Shown piece by piece: positions 37,196 to 46,138 of a stretch of 64,000 bases of DNA; within the stretch, counting starts at the first letter, position 1, and every line of letters starts with the position of its first letter. The stretch spans positions 27,264 to 91,263 of the forward strand of contig JAZDMV010000023.1 in the NCBI GenBank assembly GCA_043800535.1, given 5' to 3'. The DNA comes from a bacterium (GTDB taxonomy: Bacteria; Patescibacteriota; Minisyncoccia; Portnoybacterales; GWB1-42-6). The translations under genes and the position numbers were made by a program. The notes below the pieces were generated by a model that searched no databases, was not told the origin of the DNA, and worked only from the letters and a program-made list of their open reading frames with translations.

Positions 37196-39028
37196 TTATT
37201 CCAAAACGGCCTTGATGCGCCTAACCCCAGCCGAACTTGCCTCTTCCTTAACTATTTTGAATCTTCCTAATGCACTAGTCCGCTCAACGTGAGGACCGCC
37301 GCAAATTTCGCGACTGAAATTTCCGATACTATAAACCTTGACCCTCTCCCCGTATTTTGATTCAAACACGCCCATCGCGCCTTTGGCTTTTGCTTCGTCC
37401 AGCCCCATTTCTTTCATTGCCACCGGTAAGTCAGCCATAATTTGTTCATTGACAATCTCTTCAACTTTTTTAATTTCTTCTGGCGTCACTTTTTGTGGAT
37501 GCGAAAAGTCAAAACGCAATCTTTCGGCCGTGATATTTGAACCTTTCTGCGTGACATGATTGCCAAAGACTTGCCGCAACGCCTCAAGCATAAGGTGCGC
37601 GGTTGTATGATATTTGACCACTTGCTCGGAATGGTCCGCCAGCCCGCCTTTGAATTTCTGCTCTGCTCCGGCGCGAGAAAGTTCCTGATGCCTGATCAGC
37701 TCTAAATTGAATTCCTCCCTTAACTTCTTATCATTCGACCAATATCCATGATGCTCAAAGTATTCTTTCGTCATTTCGTAAGGGAAACCGTACGTTTGGT
37801 AAAAATCAAAAATTAATTTACCTGTTAAATCACCCTCTTTGATTTTCTCAATAAATTTTAGAGCCTTGTCTAGAGTAACAACAAACTTTTCTTCTTCCCT
37901 TACGAGCCGCTCTTCAATGAACGCACGATTATTATGCAACTCTGGATAAACGTTTCGGTACATTTCTATAACAACATCCGCGACCTTAAATGTAAAAATC
38001 TCACTAATGCCAAGCTGTTTGCCGTATCGCACAGCGCGGCGGATAAGACGTCGAAGCACATAGCCGCGTTCAACGTTTGACGGCTCAAGCCCTTCGGCCA
38101 AAATAAACGTCGCCGCTTTTATATGATCCGCTACAATGCGCACGGCGCGTGTTATTTCCAGCGTTTCGCCGTGTTTTTTCCCCGAAAGCTCCTCAGTCTT
38201 TTCAAAGATCGGATAAAATAATTCATTATCAAAAGTATCTGTTTTGCCGTTTAGAACAGAAATTGTCCTTTCGAGCCCCATGCCTGTGTCCACGTTCTGC
38301 TGTGACAATTTTTCATAAGTTCCGCCTTCGGTCTTATTGAATTCCATAAATACGTCGTTCCAAACTTCCATGATCCTGCCCGCATCCGCTTCTTCGCCAA
38401 AAGTTTTTTGAAGTGCGCCCAAATCCGGCGAAACGTCGTAAAACATTTCCGTGTCCGGCCCGCAGGGCCCGGTTTGGCCAGCCGGCCCCCACCAGTTATC
38501 TTTTGCGGGCAGGGGAAAAATCCGAAAATTTTCATTGCCGGCGATCGTTGTGCCAAACGCACAGACCTCGGCATTAATGCCCGCTTTGGCGAACTGCGTT
38601 TTCCAGGCATCAATTGATTCCTGGTCAATCGGCGAATTTTCGTCACCCATAAAAACACTTATGTATAACCTTTGCGGTTCAAGCCCCAGCCATTTTTTGT
38701 CAGTTAAAAATTCCCAGCTCCACTCAATCGCCTCTTTTTTAAAATAATCACCGAGCGACCAATTGCCCAACATCTCAAAAAAAGTTAAATGACGGTTGTC
38801 GCCAACGTCGTCAATATCGGTTGTGCGGATGCACTTTTGCGCGTCAGCCAGCCGCTTGCCGGCCGGATGGCTCTGTCCCAAAAGATACGGCACGAGCGGA
38901 TGCATTCCGGCAGTCGTAAAAAGTACGGTTGGGTCGTGTTCGGGAATCAAAGGAGCCGAGGGAATTACTGCATGCCCCTTTTCTTTCATAAAATCCAGGA
39001 ATTTTTTACGTAGTTCGTTTGCGGACAT
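37196..39028 (-). CDS. alaS: Alanyl-tRNA synthetase, short form. The catalytic, tRNA-recognition and editing domains are present, but the C-terminal C-Ala domain is absent.
   Basis: N-terminus FTTAGMHP...NWSLGDYFK, and editing-site sequence HTTAHLMLEALRQV...GGPHVERTS. At 610 aa it is shorter than the ~870 aa typical of bacteria. Confidence 0.8.
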   Translation of the reverse strand: MSANELRKKFLDFMKEKGHAVIPSAPLIPEHDPTVLFTTAGMHPLVPYLLGQSHPAGKRLADAQKCIRTTDIDDVGDNRHLTFFEMLGNWSLGDYFKKEAIEWSWEFLTDKKWLGLEPQRLYISVFMGDENSPIDQESIDAWKTQFAKAGINAEVCAFGTTIAGNENFRIFPLPAKDNWWGPAGQTGPCGPDTEMFYDVSPDLGALQKTFGEEADAGRIMEVWNDVFMEFNKTEGGTYEKLSQQNVDTGMGLERTISVLNGKTDTFDNELFYPIFEKTEELSGKKHGETLEITRAVRIVADHIKAATFILAEGLEPSNVERGYVLRRLIRRAVRYGKQLGISEIFTFKVADVVIEMYRNVYPELHNNRAFIEERLVREEEKFVVTLDKALKFIEKIKEGDLTGKLIFDFYQTYGFPYEMTKEYFEHHGYWSNDKKLREEFNLELIRHQELSRAGAEQKFKGGLADHSEQVVKYHTTAHLMLEALRQVFGNHVTQKGSNITAERLRFDFSHPQKVTPEEIKKVEEIVNEQIMADLPVAMKEMGLDEAKAKGAMGVFESKYGERVKVYSIGNFSREICGGPHVERTSALGRFKIVKEEASSAGVRRIKAVLE

Positions 39029-40449
39029 ACAAAAATAGACAGAAAATTTTTACTTTATTAATAAATCTTAAAACCAAATCTCGCCCGCCATGGCTTTAGC
39101 GGCGGCGGGGCGGAGTTCGTTTGCCGTCATGCCTGTAATTTATCACAAAATCGCAATTTCGACAACCACGGCATCACATAATGGCGTCTCGCGCCGCAAA
39201 CTAGACAACCCTATGCCAAAAGTCAAAGGTTGTCTTGTGGATGCGCCATCTTTACAACAAAACCGCCATATGTTATATATTAATTGTACCTTTCAAATAC
39301 TCATTTCTTAGGCTATTTTATTCCGATATTCTATTAGGACACTCTATTTTTCCTATTTCACAGGAAAGGAGGTGTACATGAGACATTCCGAGCGTTTCTT
39401 TTCACATTATCTGGCCTTTTTCGACTCCAGAGCAGGTCCTACGATAGTGCCTACATTCCGCAAGAATGAAAGGGGGTGATAAAAATATGCGGGGCCGTGT
39501 TATCGGTCCTGAATGTTCATTTTTTACTTCGCCTTTTTGGAGGCATGATGCGTAATAGATTCCTCTGACAATTGAATGTATTTTCTTGCCGACTTCTTCT
39601 GAAGCCGGGGCCAAAATGAGCGACTAGCGTCGCACAGGCCGGTCCGACAAGCTCGGACACGAAAAACGGCCAAAAAGAAAAGAACGGGAAAAGAGGGGTG
39701 CAAGGACGTATAGCAAGGCGTAACAGCAAGAAACACACAAGCAAAGGCCATCAAGGTCATCAGGCGGAGCGGCCTTGAGCCAACAGACCGCCTCCGGACA
39801 GTGGGCATGTTAAAATCCGGGATTTTAGGACCGAGGTCTGGCTGTGCACGTGCACGCGCCAAAGAAATGCTTCGGTCGCGCAGAAGAAAGCGCTGCCAGA
39901 CGCCTGCTGCCGATTTCGAGCGAAGCGCAGAGACATCCGGCCCAGTGCCTGTTCTCTCAAAGGCTTTGCCGTCGTCATGCGCTCTCATTTTGTTCCCTCG
40001 TCTCATACTACAGTTCTTGCCCCCTCAATTCCCAACAAAAAAGACCTTCATCGTAAGGTCTTTTCTTTTACCCCCACACCAAGTTTTGGTGTGGGGGTTT
40101 ACAAAAAATTTTCCTGCCTGTGGATAATATTCTTTACAAAAACCCGTCAAAATGATATAAAGGAAATAGGTAATAGTTCTCTAACAAGAAAGGGAGAGGC
40201 GGGGCGCGAATACCAATAAATCTTCATTGCAACACTGAACTTATTTTAATACTCCCTCCTCACCACGGGGGCCACCTCCTCCCCCATCACCCATATCCGG
40301 CACCTCCTTTCTAGCCGCCTCGCCTCTTCCCTTTCTTTCTATATAAAAGCTCCCACCATCGGGAGCTTTTTCTTTTTTATTTAGACACCAAAACAAGCCA
40401 CATTCTGACAGAAATACCCGCGCTCTGGAGCGCGGGTATTTCTGTCACG
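39029..40449. other. Roughly 1.4 kb apparently non-coding, GC-enriched region with multiple hairpins and terminators and two tiny SD-preceded ORFs.
   Basis: No ORF with a plausible protein in any frame. Plus-strand terminator-like hairpins lie at 40042..40060, 40071..40097 and 40348..40380. Mini-ORFs at 39378 (26 aa) and 39476 (21 aa) each follow an AAGGAGG/AAGGGGG box. Confidence 0.5.
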
Positions 40450-41802
40450 TTACTGAATTACTCCTCCACCCAATAGTTCACCTTTTTTGCTATAGAACAC
40501 CGCGCTCTGTCCCGGCGTCACCGCCCGCTGGGGCTTGCCGAAAATTACACGCACAGTGTCATTGCGAGCCCCGACGTGAAATCGGGGCGTGGCAATCCTG
40601 TAAATAACAGCCGGACTAGCTTCGCTCTTATATCTTATTTTTATCAAAACTTCCTGCGGCAATTTTGCCTGCCCTCCGTAGCCTTGCCTGCCCGCAGTAG
40701 CTTTAGCGAAGGAGGGGCGGAGGCGGGGCGCTTGCCTGCTTGTCCAATTTATATTGCCCGCCGCCAGTTCTTTGCTATACAGATCTTTTTCATCGTTGCT
40801 GACATATAAAATATTTTTGCGCGTGTCTTTTTTAACCACCCACCACGGCCCCTGGTTCAATGGAATATTTTTACGCTGCCCGATGGTATAAAACGCTAGA
40901 CCCTGATGTTCACCCAAAATTTTACCATCTTTCAATTTGTCATTCCCGCGAAAGCGGGAATCCAGACTGGATACCGGATCAAGTCCGGCATGACACGAAT
41001 TATAATCTACTATTTTTCCTAGCTTCATTTTTATATATTTTTTCAAAAAGCTTTCAATATCGCGCGCCACAAAACAAAGATCAAAGCTCTCGCCCCGCCT
41101 GAAAGACAGTCTCCATTTTTTTGCTAATTTATACACTTCCTCTTTCGTATAGTCGGCCAAAGGAAATAATACGCGACTCAATTGCCTCTGTGTCAACGCA
41201 TACAAAAAATATGACTGATCCTTATCTTTATCCTTGGCCTTAAAAATTGTATACGTGTCATTGCGAGGAGCCCCGCACCGTGCGGGGCGACACGGCAATC
41301 CCAAAATGATATCGCCAACGGCTGTTTGCCTCGGGATTGCTTCGCCCCGACTTACATCGGGGCTCGCAATGACGCTACTTTGTATTTTCGCATAATGCCC
41401 GGTGGCAATATAATCAGCCCCCATGCCGAGCGCTTTTTTGAATAAAAGCCCAAACTTAATTTTTTTATTGCACACAACGCACGGATTTGGCGTTCGCCCG
41501 GCGTCGCTCTCGCGCAAAAAATGATCAACTACTTCTTTTTTAAATTCTTTCCCCAGGCGCAGGATATAAAAAGGGATGTCTAGTTTTGAAGCCACGTCTC
41601 TAGCCGCCTGCTCTGCACCCGCGCTACAGCAAGTATTTGTAGCCGCAAAGCGTGCATTCGGCTCTGCCCAGAAACGCATAAAAACGCCAACGACATCATA
41701 TCCTTGCTTTTTTAATAACGCCGCTGCCACAGAAGAATCAACCCCACCAGACATTGCAACTATTACTTTTCCCTTTGATTTGCGCATATTCTCTTCTATC
41801 AT
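40450..41802 (-). CDS. mnmA: tRNA-specific 2-thiouridylase MnmA carrying four in-frame palindromic-element insertions.
   Basis: VIVAMSGGVDSSVAA PP-loop...GADYIATGHYA...KDQSYFLY...AVTPGQSAVFY. It is about 83 aa longer than E. coli MnmA. The ORF-track start at 41970 is probably too far upstream, and the ATG at 41802 (MIEENMRKSKGKV) follows a terminator. Confidence 0.75.
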   Translation of the reverse strand: MIEENMRKSKGKVIVAMSGGVDSSVAAALLKKQGYDVVGVFMRFWAEPNARFAATNTCCSAGAEQAARDVASKLDIPFYILRLGKEFKKEVVDHFLRESDAGRTPNPCVVCNKKIKFGLLFKKALGMGADYIATGHYAKIQSSVIASPDVSRGEAIPRQTAVGDIILGLPCRPARCGAPRNDTYTIFKAKDKDKDQSYFLYALTQRQLSRVLFPLADYTKEEVYKLAKKWRLSFRRGESFDLCFVARDIESFLKKYIKMKLGKIVDYNSCHAGLDPVSSLDSRFRGNDKLKDGKILGEHQGLAFYTIGQRKNIPLNQGPWWVVKKDTRKNILYVSNDEKDLYSKELAAGNINWTSRQAPRLRPSFAKATAGRQGYGGQAKLPQEVLIKIRYKSEASPAVIYRIATPRFHVGARNDTVRVIFGKPQRAVTPGQSAVFYSKKGELLGGGVIQ

Positions 41803-41843
41803 TTTATTTTTTAGAATAACATCATTTTTGCCAAAAAGAAAAG

Positions 41844-41870
41844 CCCCGGATGAACATTGTTCATCCGGGG
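41844..41870 (-). terminator. Intrinsic terminator after the MYG1-like gene.
   Basis: Perfect 13-bp inverted repeat CCCCGGATGAACA-t-TGTTCATCCGGGG, followed on the minus strand by CTTTTCTTTTTGG. Confidence 0.6.
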
Positions 41871-41884
41871 CCACAAAAAGGGTA

Positions 41885-42979
41885 CTAAGCGGCTTTCTTA
41901 TGATAAAGATTGAACCGCTTATCCCTGCACTTTCTGAGCCCCCAGACATACTTTTCGCACCACCGCCCATTGCACTTTACCTCCTTGCATGGATCAACTA
42001 AGGGTGCACAAGCCAAAGCAATTGCCCCAGCCACTTCCATAAAAGAGAGGGCTGTTGGTTCCTTATCGGGCGCCGAGAAGCTCCCATTAAGAAGCTGACT
42101 CTTGTCCTTTTTGGAATAATACCAAAAATGGCATTTATCGCAATCCTCGGCCACCTCCATCTCCTGCCAGTCTGGCAGAATAATCTTACGTTTTACCAGC
42201 TCCTGCATCCGTACAATCCTTACCACATCAATAAAATTAATTTTCCGCTGAAAATCTGGCGTGGTGAAGATTGCCGTATTGCCAGTGGTGCGCCGCTGAA
42301 TTATAATATCAACCATGTCGCCAAATCTCCAACGGATCCATTTGTTCATCTTACGGCTATCTGATTCAACAACCGCGATTCCAACCGGACCTTTGATAAT
42401 CCGGCCTTTTTCACGAAATTCGTCTTCGCATTTAAAAAAGCGAATTTGGCCGCGCAGATGACGACGAATCCCATCCACCGCCCAATCAAACGCTGCTGGT
42501 AATTCCTTGTCACTCTCGCAATCATCCCAACCATCATTTAAAAGCGAGTGGATATCAAATGGCATACTTCGGCCTTCATCATCCACCCTTTTGCAAAATT
42601 GCAGGATCTTCTGCAGCTCTGGTTTGTGAGAAATCTGTAAAATTTCCGCCGCCAGATGCGCGCAGGAGGAAATACCTTTTCCGTGCTCGTCTAAAATTCC
42701 TCCCCCGATACCGATCGGGAGAATTTTGTCCTTTAATAAGATCTCGTCACCGCTCTTGCCTTTTGCATCCTCTGGCACGCGGCCTTCCGTCCAAAATTCC
42801 ATCCTTGCCTTTTCAACGCCAGGGAAGATTCCTCTGCCCCACGTCACACATTCTACGTATGCCAGAACCTCATCAAAATGCGGCATATTGTGAGTTGCAA
42901 TTTTCTTGACTGGCCACGGGCCAACACCTCCTAACCGCTTCTGCCACCATTTCAACTCTGTGCTCGCCATTGTCGCCAT
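41885..42979 (-). CDS. MYG1/UPF0160-family metal-dependent hydrolase with a Cys-rich C-terminal tail.
   Basis: IATHNMPHFDEVLAYV resembles the MYG1 N-terminal HxxxHxDE motif. The C-terminus is CDKCHFW...CAPLVDPCKEVKCNGRWCEKY. Confidence 0.5.
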   Translation of the reverse strand: MATMASTELKWWQKRLGGVGPWPVKKIATHNMPHFDEVLAYVECVTWGRGIFPGVEKARMEFWTEGRVPEDAKGKSGDEILLKDKILPIGIGGGILDEHGKGISSCAHLAAEILQISHKPELQKILQFCKRVDDEGRSMPFDIHSLLNDGWDDCESDKELPAAFDWAVDGIRRHLRGQIRFFKCEDEFREKGRIIKGPVGIAVVESDSRKMNKWIRWRFGDMVDIIIQRRTTGNTAIFTTPDFQRKINFIDVVRIVRMQELVKRKIILPDWQEMEVAEDCDKCHFWYYSKKDKSQLLNGSFSAPDKEPTALSFMEVAGAIALACAPLVDPCKEVKCNGRWCEKYVWGLRKCRDKRFNLYHKKAA

Positions 42980-43162
42980 TTTCGCACCCTCCTTAAATGA
43001 TATTTTAAGGTTAAATTTTAAAGAACCCTATCACCTGTTCACCAAGAACTCCCATTTTTCCCTCCTTTTGGTTGAATTTTGAATACACATATTATAATAG
43101 ATAGCTAACCATATGTCAAGAAAAGTTGCCTCCCTCAAAAAATCATGCTATAAATATAATAC

Positions 43163-43735
43163 ATGTTAAATTACAACGACCTGCGCCCCGGCACTTTTTT
43201 TATTTTGGACGGCCAGCCCTATGAGGTGCTGGAGTTCAGTTTCCTGCGTATGCAGCAAAGAAAACCGGTTGCCCAGACAAAAATAAAGAATCTTATTTCC
43301 GGCAAGATCATCAGCCGTAATTTTCAGCCCAACGAAACTTTTGAAGCCGCCGACATCAACTATAAAGATGTCAAATTTTTATATGCCCATCGCGGCAAAT
43401 TTGTGTTTTCCGAAACCAAAGACCCGTCAAAAAGATTTGAATTGGAAGAACAGCAAATTGGCCAGCTGCACAAGTTTTTAAAACAAAACAGTGAAGTAGA
43501 AATGATAGAATTTGAAGGAAAAATCATTAATACAGCACTCCCGATAAAAATGGAATTTAAGGTGATTGAGGCGCCACCGGGCATAAAAGGCGACACCGCG
43601 CAGGGAGGCGTCAAAGCCGTTAAAATAGAAACGGGCGCTATGATTAACACTCCTTTCTTCATTGAAGAAGGCGACGTCATCCGGATCAACACACAGACCG
43701 GAGATTATACAGAACGGGTAGAAAAGTCAAAATAG
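43163..43735 (+). CDS. efp: Elongation factor P.
   Basis: Three-domain EF-P, 190 aa (…FILDGQPYEVLEF…PGIKGDTAQGGVK…). The loop at the E. coli K34 position reads RMQQRKP rather than KPGKG. Confidence 0.85.
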   Translation: MLNYNDLRPGTFFILDGQPYEVLEFSFLRMQQRKPVAQTKIKNLISGKIISRNFQPNETFEAADINYKDVKFLYAHRGKFVFSETKDPSKRFELEEQQIGQLHKFLKQNSEVEMIEFEGKIINTALPIKMEFKVIEAPPGIKGDTAQGGVKAVKIETGAMINTPFFIEEGDVIRINTQTGDYTERVEKSK

Positions 43736-43752
43736 CCTCATAAAATTTAAAA

Positions 43753-43782
43753 AGAGGGCACCGGATATTTCTGATGCCCTCT
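43753..43782. terminator. Bidirectional intrinsic terminator (efp and the convergent 133-aa gene).
   Basis: AGAGGGCA-ccggatatttctga-TGCCCTCT with T-runs on both strands. Confidence 0.6.
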
Positions 43783-43789
43783 TTTGTTA

Positions 43790-44191
43790 TCAATCTATTT
43801 TCTCTTGTTTTAAAATCTTTAAGAATCTTTCCTCCAGTATCCAAACGGCGCCCAGCGCCGCCTTGCCGTGATGTTCTTCAAATTTTTCCAATATGATCTG
43901 ACCCATTCTCTCGTTCATGGTGAATGATGACATTTGAGGTCCGGTTCGTAACAGACAGCCAGCACCCCTAAAAAGAACGTCTTCAAACTCGCCACAATAC
44001 GGAAATCTGCTTGATGGCAAAATCCCGAAAGTCCACTCTCCAAAATCATCAGAAAATTCTTTTGCCAAACGACTAAAGATAGTGTAGACAGATCTTTCCG
44101 TAATTATTCTTGAACCTCCCTGAAAAAATAGAGCCATAACCGCAAGCATTATCTCGGCACCGGGAATTTTATTACCATCTTTGCCTCTCAT
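43790..44191 (-). CDS. Hypothetical protein of 133 aa, the last gene of the ATPase operon.
   Basis: ORF 62 nt downstream of the ATPase gene on the same strand. Confidence 0.4.
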   Translation of the reverse strand: MRGKDGNKIPGAEIMLAVMALFFQGGSRIITERSVYTIFSRLAKEFSDDFGEWTFGILPSSRFPYCGEFEDVLFRGAGCLLRTGPQMSSFTMNERMGQIILEKFEEHHGKAALGAVWILEERFLKILKQEKID

Positions 44192-44253
44192 ATTTACCCT
44201 CCTTCCACCAAATTTTCAAGAACAACTTTTTATATATTTTTTCCTGGCATATC

Positions 44254-46068
44254 TTATAATTTTACCGCTTCTCCTTCATTCAAAGCGCCTCCATTCCCAT
44301 TTTCTTCTTTCTTTATCTCTGGCTCTTTCTCTTTCTCCTCCTCGGTTCTATCTCCCAAAACCTCGCTTAACGTTTCGCGAAGTTCGCTTAAATTGACCTC
44401 TTTCTTTTTCCGCCTCATATCAGAAAACTTTGACGGCTCTTTTTTTGCCGCCTCGGCTAAAGAAACCGGCGCGCCCGTGTCTTTTATTAAAACTTCGCCC
44501 GAAGCGCTTGGATTTGACGGCCGCCTCGGCGGGTTAGAATTTTGCGCAAAATTATCCCGTCTTGGAAAATCGCCATGCGGCTGCGGCGTCCCTTTTTGCT
44601 CCTGCGAACGCACCTGAGCCAAACAATCCTGACAATAGACGGGCCTGACGCCGTCGGGCTTAAATTTCAAGCGGATTTTTTTGCCACAGCTACTGCAAAC
44701 CGCATCAAACGAGGGCTCTTCTGGATGAAATTCTGCCTTGTGCGCCGGCGAAATTTCGTGGCTCAAGACCATTTTTCCTTCTTTCTCACTTTCTATCACT
44801 CCGCTCCACTTGGCAATTTTTTCTTCAACTTCCTGGCGGCTCGTGCTGTAGCGTTCCCTAGAGACACGAATTATTGTTTCGCGGTGTGAAATTTCCGGCG
44901 GTGCGATCGGCGGCAGAGTCGTGGCGGAAAAGGGCCGCGAAGCAATGCCGTCTATCATTAATTTCAGATATATCTGGGCAAATCCTAAATTAACAAGGTC
45001 ATTAGCCGAAAACTCGGGCATAAATTCTTTTTCAAGAAATTCAGCATCAGTCGCGCCGACCCGAAAAGTAAGCATGCTCCCCACGTTCCCAAAAACCGCA
45101 TCAGCCACCGGTTCAACCATCTGCGTTATATACTGATGCGCCAAAACCAGATCAAGACGGTATTTCCTGGCTTCTGACAAGATCGCGGCAAAAGATTCTG
45201 TGGCAAAATTCTGAAATTCGTCAACGTAAAGATAAAAATCCTTGCGCTCTTCCTCGGGAACATCAATACGCGACATGGCGGCTAATTGCAGCCGAGTAAT
45301 CAGCATTGCGCCCAGCAGCGCCGAATTATCCTCGCCAATGCGGCCTTTGGACAAATTCATTATAAGAATTTTTTGCGAATCCATCGCCTCTCTGATATTG
45401 ATGGATGACGTTGTCTGGCCGACGATATTACGAATTAATGGACTTGTCAAAAACTGACCTACTTTATTTTGAATAGGCGCCACTGCTTCGGCCATGAATC
45501 TGTCCGGATATTTTGCAAATTCATCAACCCAAAATGCCTTAACAACCGGGTCAGCAATTTTTTCCACCACTTTTTTCCGGTATTCTTTATCGACTAAAAT
45601 TCGCATCGTTCCAAGAAGGGTTGAGCCGGGGTATTCAAGAAGCGCTAAAATCGCGTTGCGCAAAACGTATTCCAGCCGCGGCCCCCAGGATTCGGCCCAC
45701 AACTTTTTAAAAACGCCGACCAGGCCAGAGGCGACAAGGTGCCTGTGTCCAGGGTCAACTTTTTCAATGACATTAAAAGCTATCGGAAAATCGAGGTCCG
45801 CCGGATTAAAATATATGACATCATTCAATCTGTTTGACGGAATAAAATCAAGCATCTTCTCGGCAAATTCGCCGTGCGGGTCCACTATCCCGATCCCTTT
45901 GCCCGACTGGATATCCTGAATTGCCATATTTTCCAAAAGCGTAGTTTTGCCCATGCCAGTTTTACCAATAACATAAAAATGGCGGCGGCGATCGGCCGTT
46001 TTTATTCCGAATTTTACCCGCTGGTCGCGGAAATTCGTTTCAGCAAAAAATGTGATATCGTCAGCCAT
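44254..46068 (-). CDS. P-loop ATPase of the FtsK/HerA/VirB4/VirD4 (AAA_10/TrwB-like) family with a C-terminal CxxC-x17-CxxC zinc ribbon and a disordered acidic tail.
   Basis: KTADRRRHFYVIGKTGMGKTTL Walker A, and IVDPHGEF. It is a clear paralog of the ATPase half of 1..2167. Zinc ribbon: CSSCGKKIRLKFKPDGVRPVYCQDC. Confidence 0.75.
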   Translation of the reverse strand: MADDITFFAETNFRDQRVKFGIKTADRRRHFYVIGKTGMGKTTLLENMAIQDIQSGKGIGIVDPHGEFAEKMLDFIPSNRLNDVIYFNPADLDFPIAFNVIEKVDPGHRHLVASGLVGVFKKLWAESWGPRLEYVLRNAILALLEYPGSTLLGTMRILVDKEYRKKVVEKIADPVVKAFWVDEFAKYPDRFMAEAVAPIQNKVGQFLTSPLIRNIVGQTTSSINIREAMDSQKILIMNLSKGRIGEDNSALLGAMLITRLQLAAMSRIDVPEEERKDFYLYVDEFQNFATESFAAILSEARKYRLDLVLAHQYITQMVEPVADAVFGNVGSMLTFRVGATDAEFLEKEFMPEFSANDLVNLGFAQIYLKLMIDGIASRPFSATTLPPIAPPEISHRETIIRVSRERYSTSRQEVEEKIAKWSGVIESEKEGKMVLSHEISPAHKAEFHPEEPSFDAVCSSCGKKIRLKFKPDGVRPVYCQDCLAQVRSQEQKGTPQPHGDFPRRDNFAQNSNPPRRPSNPSASGEVLIKDTGAPVSLAEAAKKEPSKFSDMRRKKKEVNLSELRETLSEVLGDRTEEEKEKEPEIKKEENGNGGALNEGEAVKL

Positions 46069-46080
46069 AATCAGAATAAA

Positions 46081-46130
46081 GATTTAAGATCTATGATTTA
46101 AGAATAAATTCAAAATTCTTAAATCTATAT
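46081..46130. promoter_or_regulatory. Palindromic element in the 70-nt gap between the membrane-domain gene and the ATPase gene.
   Basis: ATTTAAGAA-taaattcaaaa-TTCTTAAAT (9-bp perfect inverted repeat) plus a GATTTAAGA direct repeat. Confidence 0.35.
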
Positions 46131-46138
46131 TCCCAAAT

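Noticed and set aside
39029-40449. RNase P RNA, tmRNA or T-box identity for the non-coding stretch.
   Set aside because: I looked for the P4 strands (GGAAAGTCCGG / ACAGAANCCGGCTTA), tmRNA 5' GGGGNUG...UUCGAC and 3' T-arm/CCA features, and the T-box AGGGTGGNACCGCG. Only a partial CCCGGCTT match (reverse complement near 39602..39612) and a TTCGACTCC word without a proper T-stem were found. There is no convincing assignment, so the identity is left open.
40450-41970. ORF-track N-terminal extension of mnmA (MGGGAKSMSGG...) overlapping the upstream gene.
   Set aside because: The extension runs through a perfect terminator hairpin (41844..41870) and overlaps the 3' end of the MYG1-like gene. The conserved PP-loop start MRKSKGKVIVAMSGG begins near 41787..41802.
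43163-43735. Treating efp as a pseudogene or paralog because of its unusual loop.
   Set aside because: The ORF is full length with all three EF-P domains and a good C-terminal match (…PGIKGDTAQGGVKAVKIETGA…). The odd loop is reported as a feature to verify rather than as a defect.
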